A stretch of 64,000 nt of DNA from Candidatus Izemoplasma sp. Lineage in GTDB: Bacteria > Bacillota_I > Bacilli_A > Izemoplasmatales > Izemoplasmataceae. The DNA is taken from contig SLOP01000018.1 of NCBI GenBank assembly GCA_007132465.1, positions 2,017 to 66,016 of the forward strand, in the 5' to 3' direction. A model generated the notes under the pieces. It ran no database searches and was not told the DNA's origin. It saw nothing but the letters and a program-made list of their open reading frames with translations. Both the position numbers and the translations under genes were made by a program. Shown here in pieces: positions 47,379 through 55,973 of the stretch. How positions within the stretch are numbered: position 1 is the stretch's first letter; each line of letters starts with the position of its first letter.

Positions 47379-49457
47379 ATGAAACGAACACTGTTGTTTA
47401 GCGTCACCTTCCTCGTGCTTTTCGTGGTCGCCGCGTGTCAGCAGGCTGAGGATTTACTCCCTGACCCCACGACCCCAGTTGAAACCACGCCAGACCTGAC
47501 ACCAGACCCGACACCAGACCCGACACCAGACCCGACACCAGACCCGACACCAGACCCGACACCAGATCCGACACCAGACCCGACACCAGATCCGACACCA
47601 ACGCCCACACCTGATCCTGGTGAAGAGGCTGCTCAGGCAGTGATTGCTAGTTGGGACGGCTCGTTTGCTGTCGTGAGCAACGTCATGGATGGCATGGACA
47701 TGGACGACGCACACACGCTTATTTTCACCGTTGACATAAAAGTTGAAGATGAGTGGGGTGTGAACGATGTCTATGTTCAAACCACGGCTCAGTACTTTTA
47801 TGATGCCGGCGTATCCCACGTTCTCTTAACACATCAAACGGACGTAGAAGGCTTAGACATCACCTTGCAACAACTCTTTGTTGTGCACGAAGAATACGTT
47901 GACATTTATTTGCATTTCGGCGCGCTGATGCAGATGGCGATGGCTGAGTTTGACAGTGAAGACGATTTTGGCTTTGACCTGTTTGAGGTGCTCGACATCC
48001 AAGATGGTTGGCTGAAGTTTACGTTTGAGGATTCCATGCAAAACATTGTAGAACTCGCCTTACTTGAACAACTGCTGACAGAGCTTAACTACCTAGAAAT
48101 GGCTGAAGCAATGCTTGCAGACATGCTTGCCGAAATCGATGAGTTTGATTTCGATTTCGAGGACATTGAAGCGATGCTTACACACATCGAAACAAACTTT
48201 GCTCGTTTCATCGATCCTGCCTACTATCATGAACATGATGACATGGACATGTCTATTGGCATGACCGAGGAATTTTACGTCAACCTCATGATGCAACTGA
48301 ACTCAGATATGATTGCGGCGCTTATGGTCGACTTGACTGATGAAGTTTTTGACATGTTAGCGTATTTTGAAATCATGGACGTCGATGAAGAGTTGGACAT
48401 CGAACGCCTTGATGAAGCCTATGTCAAAAACATGATTGACAGTTTGGACTTGACCATGCCGATGATCGAGTGGATTTACAATCCGCTCAATCCGACTCAG
48501 ATGATGCTTCGCCTCGATCTGACCGCCACGTTCAACGACATATTTGCCGCAGAAAGCGGAGAAGACCCCATGACCATGCACCACTTTATCATCACCCTTG
48601 AAATGCAGGAAGGGGCTAACGTTGTGGTGCCGGTTGAATACACAGACATAAACCGCGTGGTCGAAGAAATGGCACAGTTTATGACATTACTGGAAACCGT
48701 CCGCATCGCCATCGTCGCCCACGACATGGGCGAAGGCATTTACACGCTTCAAGACCTTTATGACGCCGGTGCGATGGACGACCAGTGGATGCCGCTTGAT
48801 TTCTTGTATGACGCTGACTTGTCGACGTACACCGTGACCGTAGATGATGTCCTCCTCGACATATTCTACCTCGATGGTCTGCCGGTCTTCGAGGACACCG
48901 TGTCCTTCATGGACACCGTTGAGTTGCTCGGTTACGTGGAAGGCGACTTTGACGATTTCGATCCGATGTTCGATCGTGCTGTGATGGTGACATTGCTCGC
49001 TCATTATGACGAGGCAAACTTCCACCTTACACGCTGGTTCGTCATCTTGATTGCCCAAGGCATTGAAGAAGCGATGCGTGAGATGGAACGCGAAGCGTTT
49101 ATCAATAACATCTACACCCTTGAAGCCGCATTGGATCTCTTTTGTTTTGATGCGGATCCCGAGACATATGAGCTTTATTGCGAAGTCGACATGCAACAAT
49201 GGATGGGTGCCGCTGAAATCATCACACCCGCTATCCTTGATGCATACTTTTTGATGCCGGACGATGGCTTTGACTTCCTCGCGTGGCGCAACGAATACAG
49301 TGAGTGGGAAGTGGCCGTTATGAACGATGAGTTCATCTTCTATGGCGTCACAGATTATGCTGCTTACAATATATGGGATCGCGTGCCTGAGGATCATCTC
49401 GCCGGCATGGTTGCCATGATGGAGTGGGAAATGCGCCAACGCGAACTGGACGATTAA
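47379..49457 (+). CDS. Met/Asp/Glu-rich surface lipoprotein with a (TPDP)n linker, function unknown
   Basis: MKRTLLFSVTFLVLFVVAAC signal peptide and lipobox, with RBS AGGAGG and TGTATAAT upstream. The signal peptide is followed by TPDP repeats and then about 600 aa that are extremely acidic, Met-rich and Lys-poor. Confidence 0.6.
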   Translation: MKRTLLFSVTFLVLFVVAACQQAEDLLPDPTTPVETTPDLTPDPTPDPTPDPTPDPTPDPTPDPTPDPTPDPTPTPTPDPGEEAAQAVIASWDGSFAVVSNVMDGMDMDDAHTLIFTVDIKVEDEWGVNDVYVQTTAQYFYDAGVSHVLLTHQTDVEGLDITLQQLFVVHEEYVDIYLHFGALMQMAMAEFDSEDDFGFDLFEVLDIQDGWLKFTFEDSMQNIVELALLEQLLTELNYLEMAEAMLADMLAEIDEFDFDFEDIEAMLTHIETNFARFIDPAYYHEHDDMDMSIGMTEEFYVNLMMQLNSDMIAALMVDLTDEVFDMLAYFEIMDVDEELDIERLDEAYVKNMIDSLDLTMPMIEWIYNPLNPTQMMLRLDLTATFNDIFAAESGEDPMTMHHFIITLEMQEGANVVVPVEYTDINRVVEEMAQFMTLLETVRIAIVAHDMGEGIYTLQDLYDAGAMDDQWMPLDFLYDADLSTYTVTVDDVLLDIFYLDGLPVFEDTVSFMDTVELLGYVEGDFDDFDPMFDRAVMVTLLAHYDEANFHLTRWFVILIAQGIEEAMREMEREAFINNIYTLEAALDLFCFDADPETYELYCEVDMQQWMGAAEIITPAILDAYFLMPDDGFDFLAWRNEYSEWEVAVMNDEFIFYGVTDYAAYNIWDRVPEDHLAGMVAMMEWEMRQRELDD
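47487..47618 (+). repeat. About eleven copies of a 12-nt in-frame tandem repeat (ACACCAGACCCG)
   Basis: Near-perfect repeats encode TPDL-(TPDP)8-TPTP-TPDP directly after the lipoprotein signal peptide. Confidence 0.9.
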
Positions 49458-49508
49458 CCACCCTTAAGGGACGCATCGATGCGTCCCTTTTTCTTTTCTC
49501 GAAAACCA

Positions 49509-49538
49509 TTGACAACGCTTACATTGTCACAGTATAAT
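49509..49538 (+). promoter_or_regulatory. Sigma-A-type promoter of the lysine-degradation operon
   Basis: TTGACA (49509-49514), 18-nt spacer, TATAAT (49533-49538). Confidence 0.75.
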
Positions 49539-49546
49539 GACGGTGG

Positions 49547-49748
49547 AAAGCTGTACAGAGGTGCGGTGCGTTGGTATTTTTCCCCAGGTTTATGGGCGGG
49601 CACCCGAGGGTGAAAAAGAAGGAGCGCATCGCCGAAGATCGCATCAAGCCCGAGGCGGCGATCTGGGGGTTGTGGGCACGCCACAACCACTGCCATTTTA
49701 TAAAAATGGAGAGCTGTTTTTCATTTGAAAAACAGCTCTTTATCTATT
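49547..49748 (+). promoter_or_regulatory. L-box (lysine) riboswitch with an overlapping intrinsic terminator
   Basis: Conserved LYS-element blocks are present: AGAGGTGCG (49557-49565), CCGAGGG (49604-49610), GGAGCGCATCGCCGAAG (49621-49637), ACTGCCA (49689-49695), hairpin CCATTTT-ATA-AAAATGG and TGGAGAGCTG (49707-49716). These compare with B. subtilis lysC and T. maritima aptamer sequences as I recall them. Confidence 0.85.
49710..49748 (+). terminator. Expression-platform terminator of the L-box leader
   Basis: Perfect 13-bp stem AGAGCTGTTTTTC / GAAAAACAGCTCT with loop ATTT, followed by TTTATCTATT. The 5' arm overlaps the aptamer P1 3' strand. Confidence 0.75.
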
Positions 49749-49764
49749 GAATGAGGTGAAGAAC

Positions 49765-50184
49765 ATGATCCATTCGATGAAGATCGGCGATCGGCGTACC
49801 TTTCGCCGCGCCATCACACAAGCTGACGTTCAACAGTTTGCCGAGGTCACAGGCGACACCAACCCGACGCATCTCGATGCGGCGTACGCCGCCACGACAC
49901 GCTTTAAAAAACCAATCGTTCACGGCATGCTTGTGGGCTCGCTTTTCTCAAAGGTGTTCGGGATGGACTATCCGGGTGAGGGCACGATTTATTGCTCGCA
50001 GACGCTCACCTTTTTAAAACCTGTTTACCCCGACAGCCCACTGACTGTTGAAGTCATTGTCAGACGACTCGATGTTGAGAAAAACCGCGCCTACTTCGAC
50101 ACGCTGATTCACGATCGTGCTGGCGACGTCGTGATCAAGGGCGAAGCCATGGTCATGCCACCCAAGGAGAAACGCAATGCATAA
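49765..50184 (+). CDS. MaoC-like (R)-specific enoyl-CoA hydratase/dehydratase
   Basis: Hot-dog hydratase motif FAEVTGDTNPTHLD ... FKKPIVHGML. Start trimmed to ATG 49765 (GAGGTGA RBS). Confidence 0.8.
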   Translation: MIHSMKIGDRRTFRRAITQADVQQFAEVTGDTNPTHLDAAYAATTRFKKPIVHGMLVGSLFSKVFGMDYPGEGTIYCSQTLTFLKPVYPDSPLTVEVIVRRLDVEKNRAYFDTLIHDRAGDVVIKGEAMVMPPKEKRNA

Positions 50185-50824
50185 AACCATCGACAAACAA
50201 GCCTTCATGGCATTGCTTGACGACAATCAACGCATCGCCGTCGGCGGTTTCATGGCGTGTGGTACGCCGGAGACGCTAATTGATTGGGTGGTTGAATCAG
50301 GCGTGAAAGACCTCACCATCATCTGCAACGACGCCGGGTTTACCGACCGCGGTGTCGGCAAGTTGATTGCCGGTGATCAGGTGAAAAAACTCATCGCTTC
50401 GCACATCGGTCTTAACCCCGAAGCCGGAGCGCGCATGAGTGCCGGAACACTGTCGGTGGAGTTAGTGCCCCAAGGCACGCTCGCCGAACGCATCCGCGCC
50501 CATGGCGCCGGGCTTGGTGGTATTTTGACGCCGACCGGTGTGGGCACGATTGTGGAATCAGGCAAACGCCTCATTGAAACCAATGACAAACGGTATATTT
50601 TGGAACTGCCCTTAGGGGCGGATCTTGCGTTGATTGAAGCTGAGACAACCGACCACAAAGGCAACCTCGTTTACGACAAGACCGCCCGCAACTTTAACCC
50701 TGTCATGGCCACAGCGGCGACGAAGGTGGTTGCCTATGTGCATCAGACGGTCGACATGCTCGACCCTGAAATCATCGTCACGCCACACGTGTTTGTCGAC
50801 CACATCGTCGAGGAGGTGGCTTAG
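50177..50824 (+). CDS. atoD: 3-oxoacid/acetoacetate CoA-transferase subunit A
   Basis: GGF..CGTPE, SHIG.NPE, ELVPQGTLAERIRAGGAG-type block (here RAHGAGLGG) and GNLVYDKTARNFNP. Confidence 0.9.
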   Translation: MHKTIDKQAFMALLDDNQRIAVGGFMACGTPETLIDWVVESGVKDLTIICNDAGFTDRGVGKLIAGDQVKKLIASHIGLNPEAGARMSAGTLSVELVPQGTLAERIRAHGAGLGGILTPTGVGTIVESGKRLIETNDKRYILELPLGADLALIEAETTDHKGNLVYDKTARNFNPVMATAATKVVAYVHQTVDMLDPEIIVTPHVFVDHIVEEVA

Positions 50825-51472
50825 GTGGACGCTAAAAACATCATTGCAAAGCGCGTCGCAAAAGAACTTTACGACGGCGATCTGGTGAACCTTGGCATCG
50901 GCTTGCCAACCTTGGTGGCCAACCATATCCCCGACGCCATCGATGTCTACTTGCAAAGCGAAAACGGCCTCATCGGTCTCGGGCCCAAGCCCGGATCTGA
51001 GGCCATCGATAAAAATTTGACCAACGCCGGCGCCGATTACGTCACACTTAAAAAGGGTGGCATGTATTTCGACTCGGTGATGTCTTTTGGCATCATCCGC
51101 GGGGGCCATGTTGACGTCACAGTGCTTGGGGCGCTTGAAGTTGACCAGCATGGCTCGCTCGCCAGTTGGATCATTCCGGGCAAGCTCGTCCCCGGCATGG
51201 GCGGTGCGATGGATCTTGTGGTCGGCGCGAAAAAAGTCATTGTCGCGACGACCCACACCAACAAAGGCCGCCCGAAAATCAAAGCTGAATGCAGCCTGCC
51301 GCTTACAGCCAAACAAGAAGTCGACATGATTGTGACGGAGATGGGAGTTTTTCATGTCCGTGAAGACGGCTTGCACCTTATTGAACGCCATCCCGAGGTA
51401 ACCATTGAAACCATCGTTGAACAAACCGACGCGCCATTGATCATTGGCGACGTAAAACTTATGGAGGTGTGA
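50825..51472 (+). CDS. atoA: 3-oxoacid/acetoacetate CoA-transferase subunit B
   Basis: [10 protein letters not shown], the QSENGL catalytic-Glu block, [15 protein letters not shown] and LPLT. GTG start with RBS GAGGAGGTGG. Confidence 0.9.
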   Translation: MDAKNIIAKRVAKELYDGDLVNLGIGLPTLVANHIPDAIDVYLQSENGLIGLGPKPGSEAIDKNLTNAGADYVTLKKGGMYFDSVMSFGIIRGGHVDVTVLGALEVDQHGSLASWIIPGKLVPGMGGAMDLVVGAKKVIVATTHTNKGRPKIKAECSLPLTAKQEVDMIVTEMGVFHVREDGLHLIERHPEVTIETIVEQTDAPLIIGDVKLMEV

Positions 51473-51473
51473 C

Positions 51474-51866
51474 ATGAACACGGTCATTCATAAACTCAGG
51501 CTTTCTCAAACCGACGCCCATTACGGAGGCAACCTTGTCGACGGCGCTCGCATTGTGGCGCTCTTTGGCGATGTTGCCACAGAACTTCTCATTCGCCATG
51601 ACGGCGACGAAGGGCTCTTTCGCGCCTACGATTCGATTGACTTTTTAGCGCCGCTTTATGCCGGTGACATCATTGAAGTCGAGGGTGAAATCATCCGTGT
51701 CGGCACCACCAGCCGCACCATGCGTTTTGAAGCGCGAAAAATCATCACCGCTCGCCCCGATATCGCTGAAAGCGCCGCCGACATGTTAGCCGAGCCAATC
51801 GTGGTGGCCACAGCCACGGGAACCTGCATCGTACCCAACGATAAGCAACGTGATGCCGATGGATAA
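51474..51866 (+). CDS. kal: 3-aminobutyryl-CoA ammonia-lyase (hot-dog fold)
   Basis: 130-aa hot-dog protein ([25 protein letters not shown]) in the position Kal occupies in lysine-fermentation clusters. Assignment rests on size, fold pattern and context. Confidence 0.7.
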   Translation: MNTVIHKLRLSQTDAHYGGNLVDGARIVALFGDVATELLIRHDGDEGLFRAYDSIDFLAPLYAGDIIEVEGEIIRVGTTSRTMRFEARKIITARPDIAESAADMLAEPIVVATATGTCIVPNDKQRDADG

Positions 51867-52701
51867 ACTGATTATTACCGCCGCCTTAACCGGCGCCGAA
51901 GTCACCAAAGAACATACCCCTTACATTCCCTACACCATCGCTGAGATGGTCCGCGAAGCCCGTGAGGCGTCGGAAGCCGGTGCGAGCATTTTGCATGTGC
52001 ATGCCCGCTTTGACGATGGCACCCCGACACAAGACAAAACTCGTTATGAAGAGACGATCAGGGCGATTCGTCAAGCATGCCCCGATGTCATTATTCAACC
52101 TTCGACAGGCGGCGCGGTCGGCATGAATCGTGAGGAGCGCATGCGCGTCACTGAGTTGCCCTTAGAAATGGCGACGCTTGATTGTGGCACCGTCAACTTC
52201 GGTGGCGATGATATCTTTATCAACACCGTCAACGACATCATCTATTTTGCTAAGACCATGCATCAACGCGGCATCTACCCGGAACTTGAATGCTTCGAAA
52301 AAGGCCACATCGACACCGTGCTTACTTTGCATAAAAAAGGCATTATTCACCCACCGATGCACTTCAGTTTCGTGCTTGGTGTGGTTGGAGCGATGAAAGG
52401 TGAGGCACGTGATTTCCACTTTATGCGTGAAAGCATCCCCGATGGAGCGACATACTCCGTCGCTGGCATTGGGCGCTATGAGTTTCCGCTCGCTAAGTTG
52501 GCCATTGAACACGGCGGCCACGTCCGCGTTGGCCTCGAAGACAACATCTACCGAGAAAAAGGCGTGCTCGCCAAAGGCAACGCCGATTTGGTTGCCCACG
52601 TCGTCACCATGGCCGAGGCATTTGGCCGTGAGATTGCCACCCCCAACGACGCACGACGGATTTTGCGTATGAAGGAGTTCGACCATGAACGCATCTTGTG
52701 A
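51859..52701 (+). CDS. kce: 3-keto-5-aminohexanoate cleavage enzyme (BKACE/DUF849 family)
   Basis: [13 protein letters not shown]-terminus, ILHVHAR and further TIM-barrel zinc-ligand blocks typical of Kce. The start could also be 51850 or 51853. Confidence 0.85.
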   Translation: MDKLIITAALTGAEVTKEHTPYIPYTIAEMVREAREASEAGASILHVHARFDDGTPTQDKTRYEETIRAIRQACPDVIIQPSTGGAVGMNREERMRVTELPLEMATLDCGTVNFGGDDIFINTVNDIIYFAKTMHQRGIYPELECFEKGHIDTVLTLHKKGIIHPPMHFSFVLGVVGAMKGEARDFHFMRESIPDGATYSVAGIGRYEFPLAKLAIEHGGHVRVGLEDNIYREKGVLAKGNADLVAHVVTMAEAFGREIATPNDARRILRMKEFDHERIL

Positions 52702-53719
52702 ATACGGAACCCATCGGGTCATCAAACCCAAGGGCGTGCTCCCCCAAGCCGCCGAGATCATCGACAACACGATGGCCATGCAAGCTAACGAAATGGTAAT
52801 CGATGTGAAGACATTAAACATTGATTCGGCCTCATTTCATCAAATTAAAACCGCCTGTGAAAGCGACGGTTCCAAGATGGAAGCGATGATTCAAGCCATC
52901 GTCGCACGCCGCGGCAAAATGCAAAACCCCGTCACCGGCAGTGGAGGCATGCTGATTGGCACCGTGAAAGCCATCGGCGAACACTTCTCAAACCGCGACG
53001 TCAAGGTGGGTGACACGGTGGCAACGCTGGTGTCGCTATCGCTCACCCCGTTGCGTATCGATGCCATCCGGCACATCAACCTTACCAACGATCAAGTTGA
53101 CATTGACGGGGAAGCGATTGTGTTTGATTCTGGCATTGTTGCCGTGTTGCCTAAAGACATGGAAGCCAAACTGGCGTTGGCCGCCTTGGATGTGGCGGGG
53201 GCGCCCGCACAAGTTAAAAGGCTTGCGAAGCCAGGTGACACGGTGTTAATCATCGGCGCCGCCGGTAAAAGCGGCTTGCTGTGTGCCCATCAGGCAAAAG
53301 CAAACATCGGCAGCCAAGGTCGTGTCATCGGCCTAGTCAACGAACCGTGGCAAGTATCGTTGCTCGATGAACTAAACCTCGTTGATGAGGTCTTGCTTAT
53401 CGATGCGACCGATGCCATTGCTGTGCATCGCGAGGTCGCTAAAGCGACCGAAAACAACCTGGCGGATTTAACCATCAACGTCGTCAACGTCGATAACACC
53501 GAGATGGCCTCGGTGCTTGCCACCAAAAACGGCGGAACCGTCTATTTCTTTAGCATGGCGACCTCGTTTACCAAAGCGGCGCTTGGCGCCGAAGGCGTAG
53601 GCAAAGACGTCACCATGATCATCGGCAACGGATATACGAAAAACCACGCCGACATCACGCTGGATATTCTACGATCAAACCGTGCACTGCGAACGCTGTT
53701 TGAGAAAAAATACACCTAA
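52685..53719 (+). CDS. kdd: L-erythro-3,5-diaminohexanoate dehydrogenase
   Basis: N-terminal C.YGTHRVIKPKGVLPQAA and NIDSASF blocks, and a Rossmann motif IIGAAGKSGLL. RBS GAAGGAG. Positioned between kce and kamA. Confidence 0.8.
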   Translation: MNASCEYGTHRVIKPKGVLPQAAEIIDNTMAMQANEMVIDVKTLNIDSASFHQIKTACESDGSKMEAMIQAIVARRGKMQNPVTGSGGMLIGTVKAIGEHFSNRDVKVGDTVATLVSLSLTPLRIDAIRHINLTNDQVDIDGEAIVFDSGIVAVLPKDMEAKLALAALDVAGAPAQVKRLAKPGDTVLIIGAAGKSGLLCAHQAKANIGSQGRVIGLVNEPWQVSLLDELNLVDEVLLIDATDAIAVHREVAKATENNLADLTINVVNVDNTEMASVLATKNGGTVYFFSMATSFTKAALGAEGVGKDVTMIIGNGYTKNHADITLDILRSNRALRTLFEKKYT

Positions 53720-53734
53720 CGAGGAGGGGCGCGT

Positions 53735-55009
53735 ATGAAACTCGCACTCAACGACCGCTACCAACAACGGAAAGACGCCTATTTCGGCGACATACCCGAT
53801 GCCAAGTGGAACGACTGGAAATGGCAAGTTAAGCATCGCATACGCAGCGTCGAAGCGCTGACACGTTACGTCAAACTCACCGAACGAGAAGAACACATCA
53901 TTACCGACGTGCTCGGCCGTTTTCGCATGGCGATTACCCCGTATTACCTCACCTTGATCGACCCCGATGATGCCGAGTGCCCGATGCGCTTACAAGCGAT
54001 TCCACTGGGCAACGAACTGGACATTGGTAAACACGACTTGCTTGATCCGCTTGCGGAAGATTACGATTCGCCCGTGCCAGGGCTGACACACCGTTACCCC
54101 GATCGCGTGCTTTTCCTGATTACGGACATGTGCAGCATGTATTGCCGGCATTGCACCCGACGGCGTTTTGCCGGCATGCGCGACGCTGAAACGTCGATTG
54201 ATCACATCGATGAAGCGATTGCCTACATCGCCGACAACCCACAAATACGTGACGTGCTTCTAAGCGGTGGCGATGCGCTGTTGGTGAGTGACGAACGAAT
54301 CGAATACATCCTAGAGAAACTGCGCGCCATCGACCATGTCGAGGTCATACGCATCGGCACGCGCGCCCCGGTCGTCATGCCACAACGAATCACCGGCAAG
54401 TTGGTCGACATCCTTAAACGCCATCACCCTATCTGGGTTAACACCCACTTCAATCACCCCGACGAAATCACAGCCGACAGCAAAGCGGCGCTCGATAAAC
54501 TCGCCGATGCCGGCATTCCAATCGGCAACCAGAGTGTGCTCCTGCGCGGTGTTAACGACTGCGTCCACATCATGCGCAAACTCGTGACCAAACTCGTCGC
54601 CGTGCGCGTGCGCCCTTACTACATTTATCAATGCGACTTGTCGATGGGCATCGAACATTTCCGCACGCCCATCAGCAAAGGCATCGAAATCATCGAAGGC
54701 TTGCGTGGCCACGTTAGCGGTTTTGCCGTGCCGACCTTTGTCGTCGACGCCCCCGGCGGTGGCGGAAAAATTCCGGTCATGCCCAACTACGTGATATCCC
54801 AAGCACCAGGCAAAACCGTGTTGCGCAACTACGAAGGCGTCATCACAACCTATAGCGAACCGACGCATTACGTTGATCACTGCACCTGCGAAGGGTGCGA
54901 AACCGCCCATACCGATGGTGTCAGCGGCCTTTTGCACGGTGAACGTGTTGCGCTTGAACCCAACCACCTCGCCCGCCGTGATAGGGTTAAACGTGAAAAC
55001 AACCGTTGA
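53735..55009 (+). CDS. kamA: L-lysine 2,3-aminomutase (radical SAM, PLP)
   Basis: Radical-SAM cluster CSMYCRHCTRR, LSGGDALL, the PLP-lysine region and the C-terminal Cys cluster CTCEGC. Confidence 0.95.
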   Translation: MKLALNDRYQQRKDAYFGDIPDAKWNDWKWQVKHRIRSVEALTRYVKLTEREEHIITDVLGRFRMAITPYYLTLIDPDDAECPMRLQAIPLGNELDIGKHDLLDPLAEDYDSPVPGLTHRYPDRVLFLITDMCSMYCRHCTRRRFAGMRDAETSIDHIDEAIAYIADNPQIRDVLLSGGDALLVSDERIEYILEKLRAIDHVEVIRIGTRAPVVMPQRITGKLVDILKRHHPIWVNTHFNHPDEITADSKAALDKLADAGIPIGNQSVLLRGVNDCVHIMRKLVTKLVAVRVRPYYIYQCDLSMGIEHFRTPISKGIEIIEGLRGHVSGFAVPTFVVDAPGGGGKIPVMPNYVISQAPGKTVLRNYEGVITTYSEPTHYVDHCTCEGCETAHTDGVSGLLHGERVALEPNHLARRDRVKRENNR

Positions 55010-55973
55010 CCTACCGTGCGTCATCGGCGTCGTCGGGCTCGCGAAAAACACCGGAAAAACAACCACCCTTAATGCCCTGATTGCCCATCAAACCGCGGAA
55101 GATGTCGCCATCACCAGCATCGGCCTCGACGGTGAAGCCATCGACCAAATCACCCGCCTCCCCAAACCCCGAATTCAACTGCGACAAGGAACCGTTTTCG
55201 CGACCGCCGCCGACACCTTGGCATCGGCCACCTGTGAGCCGGACATCCTTGAAACCACCCCATTTGCCACAGCCCTTGGGCCGGTGATTATCGCGCGCTC
55301 ACGCCAAACGGGACACGCGCTGATTGCCGGACCGACATCAAACCGGGATCTCGCCGCCCTCATCACCCGTTTAAAAAAGCATGCGCGGCGTGTGTACGTG
55401 GACGGTGCGTTCAACCGTGTCACCTTCGCTAATGTGGCTTCGCTAGAAGGCGTGGTGCTCGCCACCGGGGCCGCGCTCAACGATGACATGGAAACGACGC
55501 TTGCTAAAACCGCGCACGTGCTCAGGCTTTTCGCCTTGCCGCATACGCCCGAGTCGCCAGCCGATGTGCTTACCATCGACACCGACGAGGCACGTCACAC
55601 CGTGCCGCAGCGACACCTGAGTGCTGTGCTTAACGCGGGGTCTTCATTACGCAGGGTGCATTGGCCCGGTGCGTTCACCGAACGGACTGCCCGTTTGCTT
55701 GTGAACCATCGTTTGGCAAACTTCACCCTCGTGCTCGACGACGCGACCAAAGCCATCATCGGCGAACGCACGATGCACCATCTTGACACGTTAAACATCA
55801 CCCTGAACGTGCGTCGACCCATTCGTGTTGTGCTCATCACCCTCAATCCCTACAGCCCCAAAGGCAAACATTACGATAAGGACGCATTTTTGCGCGCCGC
55901 CAAAGCGCACTTTGACGTTCCCGTCATCAACGTCATGGACAAGGAGGACCCCGACCATGAAACTCACCCTTGA
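54993..55973 (+). CDS. Uncharacterised P-loop-like protein (candidate accessory or chaperone factor for the aminomutases)
   Basis: 326-aa ORF starting at GTG 54993. The N-terminus VIGVVGLAKNTGKTTTLNALI resembles MobB-style P-loop proteins, though the spacing deviates from the canonical GxxxxGK[ST]. There is a later hhhhDD-like LVLDDA. The ORF overlaps kamA by 17 nt and kamD by 17 nt. Confidence 0.5.
   Translation: MKTTVDLPCVIGVVGLAKNTGKTTTLNALIAHQTAEDVAITSIGLDGEAIDQITRLPKPRIQLRQGTVFATAADTLASATCEPDILETTPFATALGPVIIARSRQTGHALIAGPTSNRDLAALITRLKKHARRVYVDGAFNRVTFANVASLEGVVLATGAALNDDMETTLAKTAHVLRLFALPHTPESPADVLTIDTDEARHTVPQRHLSAVLNAGSSLRRVHWPGAFTERTARLLVNHRLANFTLVLDDATKAIIGERTMHHLDTLNITLNVRRPIRVVLITLNPYSPKGKHYDKDAFLRAAKAHFDVPVINVMDKEDPDHETHP

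Noticed and set aside
47487-47618. The regular 12-nt repeat array, considered as a possible CRISPR or other non-coding repeat locus
   Set aside because: The units are contiguous with no spacers and in frame within a long ORF, and they encode a TPDP linker. There are no cas genes in the window.
48687-49439. 250-aa ORF antisense to the Met-rich lipoprotein gene
   Set aside because: The sense frame has a promoter, RBS, signal peptide and lipobox. The antisense ORF is a by-product of the GAT/GAA/ATG-rich sense codons (antisense ATC/TTC/CAT).
50612-51487. 291-aa ORF antisense to the CoA-transferase subunit B gene
   Set aside because: The sense strand encodes a protein with unmistakable CoA-transferase motifs. 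The antisense product has no motifs or RBS and an His/Asp/Val-rich mirror-frame composition.
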